Positions 41,660 to 50,783 of a stretch of 64,000 bases of DNA are shown here, one piece after another. Within the stretch, counting starts at the first letter, position 1. Every line of letters starts with the position of its first letter. The stretch covers positions 576,001 through 640,000 of the forward strand of contig CAWAHW010000002.1 in NCBI GenBank assembly GCA_963781885.1, in the 5' to 3' direction. This stretch comes from an uncultured Spirochaetota bacterium. Its GTDB lineage: Bacteria > Spirochaetota > Spirochaetia > SZUA-6 > Fen-1364. The notes below the pieces were generated by a model. It did no database searches, was not told the origin of the DNA, and saw nothing but the letters and a program-made list of their open reading frames with translations. The translations under genes and the position numbers were made by a program.

Positions 41660-44128
41660 TTATTGAAGCAGGAATGTGCGGATCTGGCATCCGTCGAGCG
41701 TGAGCGGGAGGGTGCGCCCGTCGCACCCCGCCATCGGCCGCGGGTTTCTCTCCGCGAGATCGGTCTCCACGATTGCCCGCGGAGCAAACGGAAGGATGAG
41801 CCGCGCATCCGCGATCTTCGCGCCGGTGGCCTCGTAGACGCGGATCACGATCCCGCGATCGCTGCGGCGGACGGCGGAGAGCACGATGCGCGGGTCGGAG
41901 GCCGCGAACCAGGAATAGCGGGCGGGCAGGGAACCCCCGTGCGGCTCCGCGGGGAAGGCGATCACCGGGGTATTGAAATCGTGACCTTCCTCCCACGGGC
42001 GCGCCGCGCGCCAGTCACCGGCGTGGGCGTACAGCGCGTAATGGAACGTGTGCGCCACGCCTTTCTCACGTGCCAGCGCAGAGTCCGCTGACGGCGCCGT
42101 GCACCGGAGCAGCGAAAGCATCATCACGCCATCCACCACGTTGTTCCCCGGCAGGCCGCGGTTGAGCAGCGCCACGCCCCTGCTGCCATCGCGCGCGCCG
42201 TAGTCGATCCAGGTCTGCGCCGGCAGCTCTCCCGCGGGTCTCTCGACCGCGCCGAACGGTATCTCGTGCGTGATCCTGCCGCCGGCAATTGACGTGGGAA
42301 AGGCGGCCCTGTAGCGACAACGCTCGTCGTTGTTCACGATCGTCGTGGCGATCTCCACGCGCGGAAGCCCCGCATAGATGCGCACCCGGGTGGCAACCGA
42401 TCCGGTGCCCCAGGGGCTATCGATGCAAAGCTCGGCAAAGGCATTGCCGTGCCGTATTTTCCCCTCGACGGGGACCATGGGGAAGAAGAGAGCGGCGCTG
42501 TCGTCTTTCGCGGGGAAAGGCCACAGACCCGAAGCGTCGTCAAATTGCCGCAAGTCACCGTCGTCCCGCTCGCGGGCGATGGTGTTGCCGCACCGACGGC
42601 TGCCCGACACCGCGTCCCATCCCGTGGACTTCTCGATCAAGCCGGTGATGATGCCCCTTTGCTCGTCGAGGCAGACCCGGACCCTGGCGTTTTCCAGGAA
42701 TGCCTCCGGCGCCTCAGAGGCGATGATGTCGGAAGCCGCGTTCCCGCCGGGCCGGCAACCCGCGGGGAGCGGCACGATCCTGTAGACCTCGTAGCCGAAC
42801 GAGGGAAGGTCGCGCGCGATGAAGAGCACTCTCCCGCGCAGGATCGCGCCCTGCCGATCGCGCTCGACGGAGAGCAGATCCGAAGGAACCGCGATTCCCT
42901 CCGCGTTTCGCACCTCGATCTCGAAGCAGCCGGAGCCTGCCACGGTGAAATCCGTTTCCACGGCGTCCGCGCGGCCGTGCCCCAGCGTGTTGAAAACCGC
43001 CACGGGCATCCCCTCGCCGCGAGTGTCCACGGACTCCACGATCCGTGCCGCAGCCTGCGCGATTCCGAGGCGTGCCTGCTCCTCAGACGATGCGAAGCTC
43101 TCCAGCGCGGCCCGGTAGAACTCGTCCACGTGGGTGCCGCAGATGATGTCGGGGGCCTGGTTGAGCAGCACGGGCTGCCAGGCAGTCGCCAGGGACGCGG
43201 GCGATGGCGCAGCCTCGACCGATGTCGCGAACGAAGCGGCCGCGTCCAGCTTCTCCCAGTCCAGGAGGCTCGTTTCCAGCGCCCTGTTTCTCTGCTTGAC
43301 CGCGATCCTGGCGCTGAAGCATCCACGGAATGCCCCGGTGAAGTCACCCGCGATGGCAGGAAGCATGCCGTAGTCCATCACTTCCTCGAAATATCGCGCG
43401 GGCGTGGAGAAGACCGCCTCATAGCATTCCTGGGTCTTGTTGTACGCATCCAGCGTCGCGGATCTCGTGAGGTCAGGGCCGCAGAGCGCGAGAAGCCCCG
43501 GCTGCTCGCAGTTTTTCTGGAGAAGCGCGAGGCGCTCGTCGAAGAATCGACGGAGCTCCCCGGTCGACGGAGCGCCACGGAACACGTCGCATCCCAGCGG
43601 CATGCAATGGATGAAGACGCGCGTCCCGTCCATCCCCTGCCACAGGAAGTCGGCCGCGGCGTCTGGAGGCGTCCCGCGCGGGATGATCGCCCAGTCGAAC
43701 CCGCAGCCGGCAAACACCTGGGGCATCTGGGGGTGACAACCGGATGCATCGAGTGTCCACGCGCATCGCGCATCGATTCCCAGCGACTCGAAGAAGGCCC
43801 TTCCCTCGATCACCTGCCGGATGAACGACTCGCCGCAGGGCATGTCGAGGTCGGGGCTCACGAGCATCGCCCCTTCGAGGGTGAGCCGTCCTTCCCCGAT
43901 AAAGCGCATCAGAGCCGGCTTTTTTTCGGGATGACTCTGGAGATAGGCCATGAGAATCCATGCGCCGTCCAGCGCGAACGTGGCGGCGCGATCTTCACCC
44001 AGTGCGTGCAAGGCGCTCTCTATACGCAGAAAACCGGCCTCGACGCCGTCCCCGCCTGCGGGGATGAGCCCCGCATCACCGCGGGTCTGCGGGATCACGT
44101 GCACGCGCCGCCTTTCCGTTTCCGGCAT
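41660..44128 (-). CDS. GH38 alpha-mannosidase-like protein with degenerate active site
   Basis: GH38 architecture throughout ([35 protein letters not shown]), but HxHxD reads QTRGD and FHD reads APD. Confidence 0.8.
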   Translation of the reverse strand: MPETERRRVHVIPQTRGDAGLIPAGGDGVEAGFLRIESALHALGEDRAATFALDGAWILMAYLQSHPEKKPALMRFIGEGRLTLEGAMLVSPDLDMPCGESFIRQVIEGRAFFESLGIDARCAWTLDASGCHPQMPQVFAGCGFDWAIIPRGTPPDAAADFLWQGMDGTRVFIHCMPLGCDVFRGAPSTGELRRFFDERLALLQKNCEQPGLLALCGPDLTRSATLDAYNKTQECYEAVFSTPARYFEEVMDYGMLPAIAGDFTGAFRGCFSARIAVKQRNRALETSLLDWEKLDAAASFATSVEAAPSPASLATAWQPVLLNQAPDIICGTHVDEFYRAALESFASSEEQARLGIAQAAARIVESVDTRGEGMPVAVFNTLGHGRADAVETDFTVAGSGCFEIEVRNAEGIAVPSDLLSVERDRQGAILRGRVLFIARDLPSFGYEVYRIVPLPAGCRPGGNAASDIIASEAPEAFLENARVRVCLDEQRGIITGLIEKSTGWDAVSGSRRCGNTIARERDDGDLRQFDDASGLWPFPAKDDSAALFFPMVPVEGKIRHGNAFAELCIDSPWGTGSVATRVRIYAGLPRVEIATTIVNNDERCRYRAAFPTSIAGGRITHEIPFGAVERPAGELPAQTWIDYGARDGSRGVALLNRGLPGNNVVDGVMMLSLLRCTAPSADSALAREKGVAHTFHYALYAHAGDWRAARPWEEGHDFNTPVIAFPAEPHGGSLPARYSWFAASDPRIVLSAVRRSDRGIVIRVYEATGAKIADARLILPFAPRAIVETDLAERNPRPMAGCDGRTLPLTLDGCQIRTFLLQ

Positions 44129-44136
44129 ATGCCTCC

Positions 44137-47100
44137 CTATGGCGCGATGCGGTACACGGTGCCGCCTGTCCTGCCAAAGACTTCCGGCTGATACATGAGC
44201 TCCGCCTGGACGGGCGGCGTGGGAAACACCCCCGGAGTCGTCGCGCGGAAGAGGAAGCTCACGTCGTGCCTTCCCCGGTCGAGCTGGTCGAAGAAGAAAC
44301 GCACCTCGCTGTCGTAGATCCGGCTCGTGTACCCTTTGTCAGGGGCCTCGTCGAGCGCGGCGACGTCCGTGTCCTCCGAGCTTTTGTCCGCGGGTGGCTT
44401 CACGACCTGCGACGTGACGAGCGAGCCGTCGATGGGCTCGGCGCCGGAGGGCAGCGGCGCCCGCAGCGCGAAGTAGGTCCTGTCCTTCGATGAATAGAAG
44501 ACGACCCGCATCGTGTACACCTTGCCCAGCGTGAGGTCGTTTCCGGAAACCGCGGCTCCCGTGTCGTCGAGTATTTCCGTCTCGATGCCGATGCCTTCAT
44601 CGCGCGGGTCCGCGCCGGAAGCGGAAAGCGCGTCGCGCAGCTCCGCCGCGTAGTACAACGTGCCCTTGCCCGACAGGCCGAATGTGAGCGGGAGCTGCGC
44701 ACCCGCGCTGCCGAGCTTTGAGGCCGGGATGAATTGGGCGAATGGCGCCCGGGAGGGACCCTTGAATCGAGCACCGGCAATCTCGGTTCCGCCCAGCTTC
44801 ACGCTCGCGGTGAAGTCGGACTGGTTTTCCCTGTTGGCCGCAATGACTTCTGCAAATGCCTGGAGCACCCATCCGGCATTGCTCGTGTTTTCCCAGTGCC
44901 CCGTGCCGTTCGCGGCCAGAAGGTCGTTGGCAAGGCCGAGCACCAGGGGTGAGTCCGGCTGCAGGCGCGTGAAGAGCATGAGAAGCAGCGCCTTTGCCTG
45001 GAGATCGCCTCCGTACCAGAGCCAGTCGTTGACGGTGCCGACGAGGGTGACGGTGCGCGTGCCGACACGGATGAAGCTCTTGAGCCGGCTCAGCACGGCC
45101 TGGGCGGACTTCTGGTTTCCCATCGCCTCGTAGGAAAGCCCGAGGAATCCGTAGCCGAAAACACCCGCCTTGTCGGCAAGGGCGGCGATCGCGGCCGCCT
45201 TCTCCCGTTCGATCCTGCCGTCACTGGTGAGGACGTACAGGGCATAGGCCTGCAGGTAGGTGTCCTGGTCGGCCCATCCGTTGTCGAGATAGGACAGAAG
45301 CGCGTCCCTGTCGAGGTCCGTCGGTATTGCGATACCGTGCGTCTTTGCCGCTGCAAGAAGGTGGGCGACCCGAAGCGAAACGTAGTAGTTGGACCTGCGA
45401 GGCGCAGGGTCGTCCCAGTAGGAGAAGCCGCCATCGGGGTTCGCGAAACGGCTGAGAACGGAGAGATCGGCGGCTCCAATGGAAGGGAAGAGAACGCGCG
45501 CGAAGAGCTTGCTCGTCACCTGCTCGAGGCAGTCATAGGGATAGACGTCGAGGTACCGGATGGCTCCGGCAAGCGATGAGGCGATCGTCGAATCGAGGCT
45601 CAGATACAGCCCTTCCTCCGGCACGCCGAGGAAGGCGGGCGGCACCGTGATGCCTTCCTGTGCAAGGTCGTTGGTCTTTCCGACGATGGTGAAGGATTCG
45701 CTCAGGTGCTCCTCCACCACGGCAAGCGTCTCATCCAGCCTCTCCTTCAGCACGTCGGAGTCCACGCCGAATGAAAGCTTCGCCGTTCCCGGGGAGGTCG
45801 CCTTCATGTCGAACGCGACTTCCGCCGTTTCTCCCTTCTGCAGCGTGACGCTTTTTTTCTGCGGTCCCGTGAGGTCCAGGCCCTGCGCGGAGAGGGTCAC
45901 GGCCACGGTATGCGCAATCGTGTCGATGTTCGTGAGCACGACGCCCGCGGTGGCGGTGTCGTCCACGCGCATCTGCCGGGGAAGCGCCGCGCGCACGTTG
46001 AGGGGGTTCTGGACGACGATCTCCCCTTCGACGATCCCGAAGGCGTCGTCCTTCACGGCAACGGCGGTCGAGCGGAAGCGCGTGAGGCTGTCGGGGAGCT
46101 TGAATGTCGCGCTCACCTTCCCGTCCTTGCCGGTGACAAGACCCGTGCGGAACACGGCCGTGGGGTTGAAGTCGCGGCGCACCGACGCGCCCGGTCCCGC
46201 CGCGGCCTCTTCCAGCTTCTCGTCGCCGCCGGGCAGGTCATTCGCCTTCCACGTGACCGGGTCCATCAGCATGTCGCGCGTGTCGTAGTGCGCGACCTTG
46301 TCGGGGAAGTTGTCCCGGCTGTAGAAGAAATCCATGGGATTGGGGACCCGGTAGTCGATGAGGTCCAGCACGCCCCTGTCCGCGGCGACCAGCGCGATCT
46401 CCGCGCCCTGCACCGGCTGCCCGTTCATGGTGGCCGTGAGGGTGACGGTGGCCTGGCTGCCCGGCCTGTAGCTTTCCTGCGCGTTCGAGATTTCGAGCGT
46501 GATCGTCCTGGACGACGCCTCCACGGGAAGCTCCACGAGACCGGAATAGCCGCGCGGCGTGCCGAAGTCCGGTTCATCGGGGCTGGCCGCGGGCGGCTGG
46601 GTCCGACCCGTTGCCGTTGCGACGAACACGTACACGATCGGGATGTGCGCCGCGGTGAGGGGGATGTCGATGGTTGGGGCGCCGCCCGCCAGATCCATGG
46701 TCTTTCTGTCGATCACGCCGTCGCGCTCCACGCTCACGAGATACGTGCCCCGGGCGACGGGGCTCTTGATGAGGAGGTGGGCGACGTCCCCCGGCGAATA
46801 GACCTTCTTGTCCGGGACGATCTCGATCTGTCTCTCGTCGGTGCGCTGCCAGGCGATCTCGTCCGAGCCGGTGGCGTAGAATGAGAGCTTCGTGAAGCTT
46901 TCCCGTCCGCTCTGGTCTTTTCCCATCAGCTCGATGCGGTAGGAGCCGGACTTCTCCGTGGAGAGCTGCAGCGCCGCCGCGGATCCCTTCGGGTTGACGG
47001 TGAAGGTCTTTTCCACGACGTCCTGCTTCTCATAGCGCGTGTCCACCTCTCCGCCGATTGCCGCCTCCCGCACGAGCTTCCATTCTTCACGGATCAGGGC

Positions 47101-49746
47101 GCCGCTCACCGCCGAGGCCGGGTAGGCCACGCCGTCAGGATCGACGGAAACGACCTTGAGCGTGAATGGCACGGCCTTTGTGACGAAGTACAGCGCGTCA
47201 TCCGATTTCGCATCCGCCGTGAGCTTCGCGCCGAGCTGCTGGGCAGAGGAGAAGACGGTGCGCGCGTCGCGGGTGGAAATTGCCTGCCGGTCGATGTCCT
47301 GGACCGTGGCGACCATCTCGTATGTATAGACGCGTCCCTTCTCCGCATCGCCGAGCTTCTGCGGCGCCTCCACAATCCCGTTCGACGGAAGGGAGCCCGA
47401 ATCGGAGGTGAGGTCCTCCGCCCAACCCTTCTCCACGTCCCCGAATGTGTACGACTCCCATTCGTCTCCCGGCGGTTGATACCAGGTCTCGCGCCGGGTC
47501 CAGAACCAGGTGTAGGTGCCCTTTGCGATCGTCCCGCCCGCCAGGTACGTTCCCGTAAATCGGGCGTCGATGCTGCCGCCGATGAAGAAGCGGTCGTCAG
47601 GGACCGTCAGGTCCACGCCGAACGTGACGCGTCTGAAATTGGCCACTTGCACGGAGGCCGTTCCCGTGTGGGTGTCTTCCTTTCCTGCGATGCGATGGAA
47701 AGAAAGAAGCAGGTCGCCCGGCTCCAGCGTCTTCGGAAGGGCCATTTGCCCTGAGAAGCTCCCGGACGCCGACACCGTTCCCGTGGCGGAGGCAAGCGCC
47801 GTGCCGTCCTCCGAGCCATTGCCGAGGTCCACGCGGAATTTTCCCGGTACGGCGGTGAACCGGCCGAGCGTCAGGTTGCGGTCGATGCCGGCAAAGGAAA
47901 GCGTCTCCCCGGGTCTGTAGATGCCCCGATCCGACCATATGTAGGTGAGAGGTTTCGCGTTTTCCGCCGCATAGGGCGCCTCGGAATTCCACGAGCGGCC
48001 GGGAATCTCGTGGGGACGCAGGACCAGGCGATCCTGGCCCTTGGCGATCTCGATCTCCGCCTTTTCTTCGCTTCCCTGGAAGCCTGCCATGAGACCGCCG
48101 GGCGGCAGCGAGACTGCCGCAAGACCCTTCGCGTCCGTGCGGCCGGATGCCAGGGCCTTGCCGTCGCGCCGAAGCGTGACCGTTGCATCGGCGATCGGCG
48201 CCCCCGTGGCGAGCGAGCTTGCCAGCACGAGGATTGAATTGTAGCCGACGCTCACGGACGCCCCGATGTCGGTGACCTGCACAACGAGCTGATCGTCGGC
48301 ATCCTGCGCCGTGTCACTTCCCCAGAAAAGGCCCTTGAATGCCCAGGAGAGGAATGCCGTGCCCCGACCGGCGCCGTTGAGGTACGGGGAAAGATCGTAG
48401 ACCTGGAAGTGCCGCGTGTTGCGCGGGATCTTTTTCGCGTCGACCCTCACGACCGGCCCCTTGGGAGGGGTCGCGGAGGGGTTGTCCAGCCGTCCGATGA
48501 CGTAGCTGCCGGAGTCGATATTCTCCATCTCGATGGCGACGCGCGGGGGAAACTGCGCTTCGAGGATGCGCTGGCCCGTGCTGCGGAAATCGACGTATGC
48601 TTCCGCCGGTCCCACCTCGAGCTTCACCACCTGGTCCTTGCCCAGCGTCTGGCCGTAGGTGTCCTCGATGCCCGCGCCCAACTTCATGTCGAATGTCGAC
48701 TCGAAATCGACCGGCACGTTGTGGAGGAAGACCCACGAGCCGGACACCTCGAGATTCCTGCCCACGTCATAGCCGGGGAAAGGGAGCTGGATGTTGGCGG
48801 CAACCGTCTCCTCTTTCAGGTCATGATTGAACTGGAGCTCCGCGGTCGCGCTCGCACGCCCCATGCTGACGTCGGATTGGTCGACCGCGAGGGGCAGGAG
48901 GGTGTGGAAGCCCTGGGTGAGATCGTCGTCGGTGCCGTAGTTTTCCGGCAGGGGCTTCGCCCCTTTCAGCACCCGCACGACGATGTCCGCGTCGCGCGGC
49001 AGCGCCTTCACCGGCGTGAGGGAAACGAGCCTGTTGGCGTCCTCGTACGGCCCGAGCTGGAGGCGGCTCGAGATCTGCGGCCGCGCGGCCTTGAATGCCA
49101 CGGGGTCACCGTCAGCCTCGATGCGGATGAAGGGCAGGATGGTCGGAAGATCCACGGGGAAATTGAAGGTGACGACAAGCTCACCGCTGGATGCAGGCTC
49201 GACGTCATCACCCGAGGGAAAGAGGGAGACGATGGAAAGAGGCTCGGTGCGGAAGCTGAAGCGCGTCGTGCCCGTGAGCGGCTCGCCCGCGAGAGATCGC
49301 AGCGACGGGCTCACGGTGAACGTGTATTCCGTGGCAGGCGCGAGCTGGCTCTTTGGCTCGAATGCAAGAAGCCGCGAGCCGTACCAGCGGTAGATGCCGT
49401 CCACGCGCGGCGAGATGGCGAGGATGCCCGACGAGGTGGCAGGCTTCTCCAGCGTCTTCAAGGCAACGACAGGCTTGTTGAAAAGCACCCACACGCCGCC
49501 TTCGAGGTTTTCATGCGCGACCGTTCCCGTGGGCCCCACGTCGTCCACGGCGAACGCCCCTTCCGCCGAACCCGTCCCCAGGGCGGCAAGGACCGTGGGG
49601 ACCTGCGGGCGCGGGCCCGGTCGCACGGGGCCCACCCGGGAGGGGGTGCATGCCCCCAGCGCGAGGGCCAAAAGGGCGGCGATTGCCGCCACGGTGTTCC
49701 GCGGCAGTCCGCGGCTTTCGCGGCCCGCGGGGAGCGCCTTTCTCAT
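44137..49746 (-). CDS. Bacterial alpha-2-macroglobulin lipoprotein
   Basis: Lipobox LALGA-C, VTDIG, DRGIYRPGE, VRRDF, LPDSLT, thioester YPYDCLEQ, PDGGFSYW, LMYQPE; GGAGG RBS before MRKAL. Confidence 0.93.
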   Translation of the reverse strand: MRKALPAGRESRGLPRNTVAAIAALLALALGACTPSRVGPVRPGPRPQVPTVLAALGTGSAEGAFAVDDVGPTGTVAHENLEGGVWVLFNKPVVALKTLEKPATSSGILAISPRVDGIYRWYGSRLLAFEPKSQLAPATEYTFTVSPSLRSLAGEPLTGTTRFSFRTEPLSIVSLFPSGDDVEPASSGELVVTFNFPVDLPTILPFIRIEADGDPVAFKAARPQISSRLQLGPYEDANRLVSLTPVKALPRDADIVVRVLKGAKPLPENYGTDDDLTQGFHTLLPLAVDQSDVSMGRASATAELQFNHDLKEETVAANIQLPFPGYDVGRNLEVSGSWVFLHNVPVDFESTFDMKLGAGIEDTYGQTLGKDQVVKLEVGPAEAYVDFRSTGQRILEAQFPPRVAIEMENIDSGSYVIGRLDNPSATPPKGPVVRVDAKKIPRNTRHFQVYDLSPYLNGAGRGTAFLSWAFKGLFWGSDTAQDADDQLVVQVTDIGASVSVGYNSILVLASSLATGAPIADATVTLRRDGKALASGRTDAKGLAAVSLPPGGLMAGFQGSEEKAEIEIAKGQDRLVLRPHEIPGRSWNSEAPYAAENAKPLTYIWSDRGIYRPGETLSFAGIDRNLTLGRFTAVPGKFRVDLGNGSEDGTALASATGTVSASGSFSGQMALPKTLEPGDLLLSFHRIAGKEDTHTGTASVQVANFRRVTFGVDLTVPDDRFFIGGSIDARFTGTYLAGGTIAKGTYTWFWTRRETWYQPPGDEWESYTFGDVEKGWAEDLTSDSGSLPSNGIVEAPQKLGDAEKGRVYTYEMVATVQDIDRQAISTRDARTVFSSAQQLGAKLTADAKSDDALYFVTKAVPFTLKVVSVDPDGVAYPASAVSGALIREEWKLVREAAIGGEVDTRYEKQDVVEKTFTVNPKGSAAALQLSTEKSGSYRIELMGKDQSGRESFTKLSFYATGSDEIAWQRTDERQIEIVPDKKVYSPGDVAHLLIKSPVARGTYLVSVERDGVIDRKTMDLAGGAPTIDIPLTAAHIPIVYVFVATATGRTQPPAASPDEPDFGTPRGYSGLVELPVEASSRTITLEISNAQESYRPGSQATVTLTATMNGQPVQGAEIALVAADRGVLDLIDYRVPNPMDFFYSRDNFPDKVAHYDTRDMLMDPVTWKANDLPGGDEKLEEAAAGPGASVRRDFNPTAVFRTGLVTGKDGKVSATFKLPDSLTRFRSTAVAVKDDAFGIVEGEIVVQNPLNVRAALPRQMRVDDTATAGVVLTNIDTIAHTVAVTLSAQGLDLTGPQKKSVTLQKGETAEVAFDMKATSPGTAKLSFGVDSDVLKERLDETLAVVEEHLSESFTIVGKTNDLAQEGITVPPAFLGVPEEGLYLSLDSTIASSLAGAIRYLDVYPYDCLEQVTSKLFARVLFPSIGAADLSVLSRFANPDGGFSYWDDPAPRRSNYYVSLRVAHLLAAAKTHGIAIPTDLDRDALLSYLDNGWADQDTYLQAYALYVLTSDGRIEREKAAAIAALADKAGVFGYGFLGLSYEAMGNQKSAQAVLSRLKSFIRVGTRTVTLVGTVNDWLWYGGDLQAKALLLMLFTRLQPDSPLVLGLANDLLAANGTGHWENTSNAGWVLQAFAEVIAANRENQSDFTASVKLGGTEIAGARFKGPSRAPFAQFIPASKLGSAGAQLPLTFGLSGKGTLYYAAELRDALSASGADPRDEGIGIETEILDDTGAAVSGNDLTLGKVYTMRVVFYSSKDRTYFALRAPLPSGAEPIDGSLVTSQVVKPPADKSSEDTDVAALDEAPDKGYTSRIYDSEVRFFFDQLDRGRHDVSFLFRATTPGVFPTPPVQAELMYQPEVFGRTGGTVYRIAP

Positions 49747-49819
49747 CGGAGCCTCCATGGAGAAACACGATAGTAGCAGGTTCGGCGGGCCTGTTTCAAC
49801 GAACGGGTGGCTCAAAGTG

Positions 49820-49848
49820 TTGACAAAAGAAGCCTCTTTGGTCATATT
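49820..49848 (+). promoter_or_regulatory. Promoter of tRNA cluster
   Basis: TTGACA-17-CATATT, 10 nt upstream of tRNA-His. Confidence 0.7.
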
Positions 49849-49858
49849 TCTCGCGCAC

Positions 49859-49932
49859 GGTGGGTGTAGTTCAATTGGCAGAGCACCAGACTGTGGATCT
49901 GGAAGTTGTGGGTTCGAGACCCATCACCCACC
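49859..49932 (+). tRNA. tRNA-His(GTG)
   Basis: Encoded G-1, acceptor GTGGGTG/CACCCAC, anticodon arm CCAGA-CTGTGGA-TCTGG, C73. Confidence 0.95.
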
Positions 49933-50036
49933 CATAGCGTGCCGAAGGCGCGCGAGGGCGGGTAGGCCGCGCGAGCCCGACAGCCGTTGCCACGCAACGG
50001 CAGAAGGGCCACAGCGGGAAGGTAACATGGACTCGA

Positions 50037-50110
50037 GCGTCCGTAGCTCAGTTGGATAGAGCGCCGGGCTTCGAACCCGTAGGCCGCAGGTTCGAGTCCT
50101 GCCGGACGCG
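50037..50110 (+). tRNA. tRNA-Arg(TCG)
   Basis: GCGTCCG/CGGACGC acceptor, D-loop TTGGATA with A20, anticodon loop CTTCGAA, GGTTCGAGTCC T-arm. Confidence 0.93.
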
Positions 50111-50154
50111 ATTGAAAAGAAGGTGCCACGAAACTGCGCGGGCACCGCGCAAGA

Positions 50155-50317
50155 TACCGTGGCCGCAAATGCCACGGATTACCGTGGCCGCAAATGCCAC
50201 GGATTACCGTGGCCGCAAATGCCACGGATTACCGTGGCCGCAAATGCCACGGATTACCGTGGCCGCAAATGCCACGGATTACCGTGGCCGCAAATGCCAC
50301 GGATTACCGTGGCCGCA
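50155..50317. repeat. Perfect tandem array of a 25-bp palindromic unit (6 full copies plus a 13-bp partial)
   Basis: TACCGTGGCCGCAAATGCCACGGAT at 50155, 50180, 50205, 50230, 50255 and 50280, partial at 50305; internal inverted repeat CCGTGGC/GCCACGG; no spacers. Confidence 0.97.
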
Positions 50318-50335
50318 CTGTGGGTTTGACATGAC

Positions 50336-50408
50336 GGGCCGCTAGCTCAGTTGGTAGAGCAGAAGACTCTTAATCTTCGGGTCGCAGGTTCGAGTCCTGC
50401 GCGGCTCA
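50336..50408 (+). tRNA. tRNA-Lys(CTT)
   Basis: GAAGA-CTCTTAA-TCTTC anticodon arm; canonical D and T arms. Confidence 0.95.
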
Positions 50409-50476
50409 ATACGATGAAAGGGAATCGCCAGGGCACCGCGTCTTGACGAGTCCCGGCCGTCGTGGTTACTATCCAG

Positions 50477-50560
50477 GCGAGAGTGGTGGAATTTGGCAGA
50501 CACGCCAGACTTAGGATCTGGTGCCGAAAAGGCTTGAGGGTTCAAATCCCTTCTCTCGCA
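50477..50560 (+). tRNA. tRNA-Leu(TAG)
   Basis: CCAGA-CTTAGGA-TCTGG, long variable arm GCC-GAAA-AGGC; own TTGACG...TACTAT promoter at 50443-50472. Confidence 0.95.
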
Positions 50561-50574
50561 GTGGGAGAGCGCAC

Positions 50575-50647
50575 GCGGGAATAGCTCAGTTGGTAGAGCT
50601 CCACCTTGCCAAGGTGGATGTCGCGGGTTCAAGTCCCGTTTCCCGCT
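50575..50647 (+). tRNA. tRNA-Gly(GCC)
   Basis: GCGGGAA/TTCCCGC acceptor, CCACC-TTGCCAA-GGTGG arm, U73. Confidence 0.95.
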
Positions 50648-50656
50648 CACGGAGAA

Positions 50657-50691
50657 GGCGATCTGGAGGGCAGTCCGGGTCGCTTTTTTTT
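50657..50691 (+). terminator. Rho-independent terminator after the tRNA cluster
   Basis: GCGATCTGGA-GGGCAG-TCCGGGTCGC stem followed by T8. Confidence 0.85.
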
Positions 50692-50783
50692 CGCTACCGC
50701 TGCAGAATGCCACGCGCCTCCCGCACTGTCCGTGCGCGGCAACGCGGCAGGGCCAATACCGTTTCGGAAAGAGGTCATCAAAG

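Noticed and set aside
50110-50135. Sigma54 promoter-like TGGCAC motifs near and within the repeat array
   Set aside because: The GG-N10-GC spacing is not met: the -12 element reads TTTC at 50114-50117, and the spacing is only 8 within the repeat.
50155-50317. CRISPR array
   Set aside because: The units are directly adjacent with no unique spacers, there is no AT-rich leader, and no cas genes are in the window.
50052-50345. ORFs with a 25-aa repeat (MPRITVAANATDYRGRKCHGLPWPQ)
   Set aside because: A by-product of a stop-free 25-bp unit; the ORFs overlap or abut tRNA genes and lack a convincing RBS.
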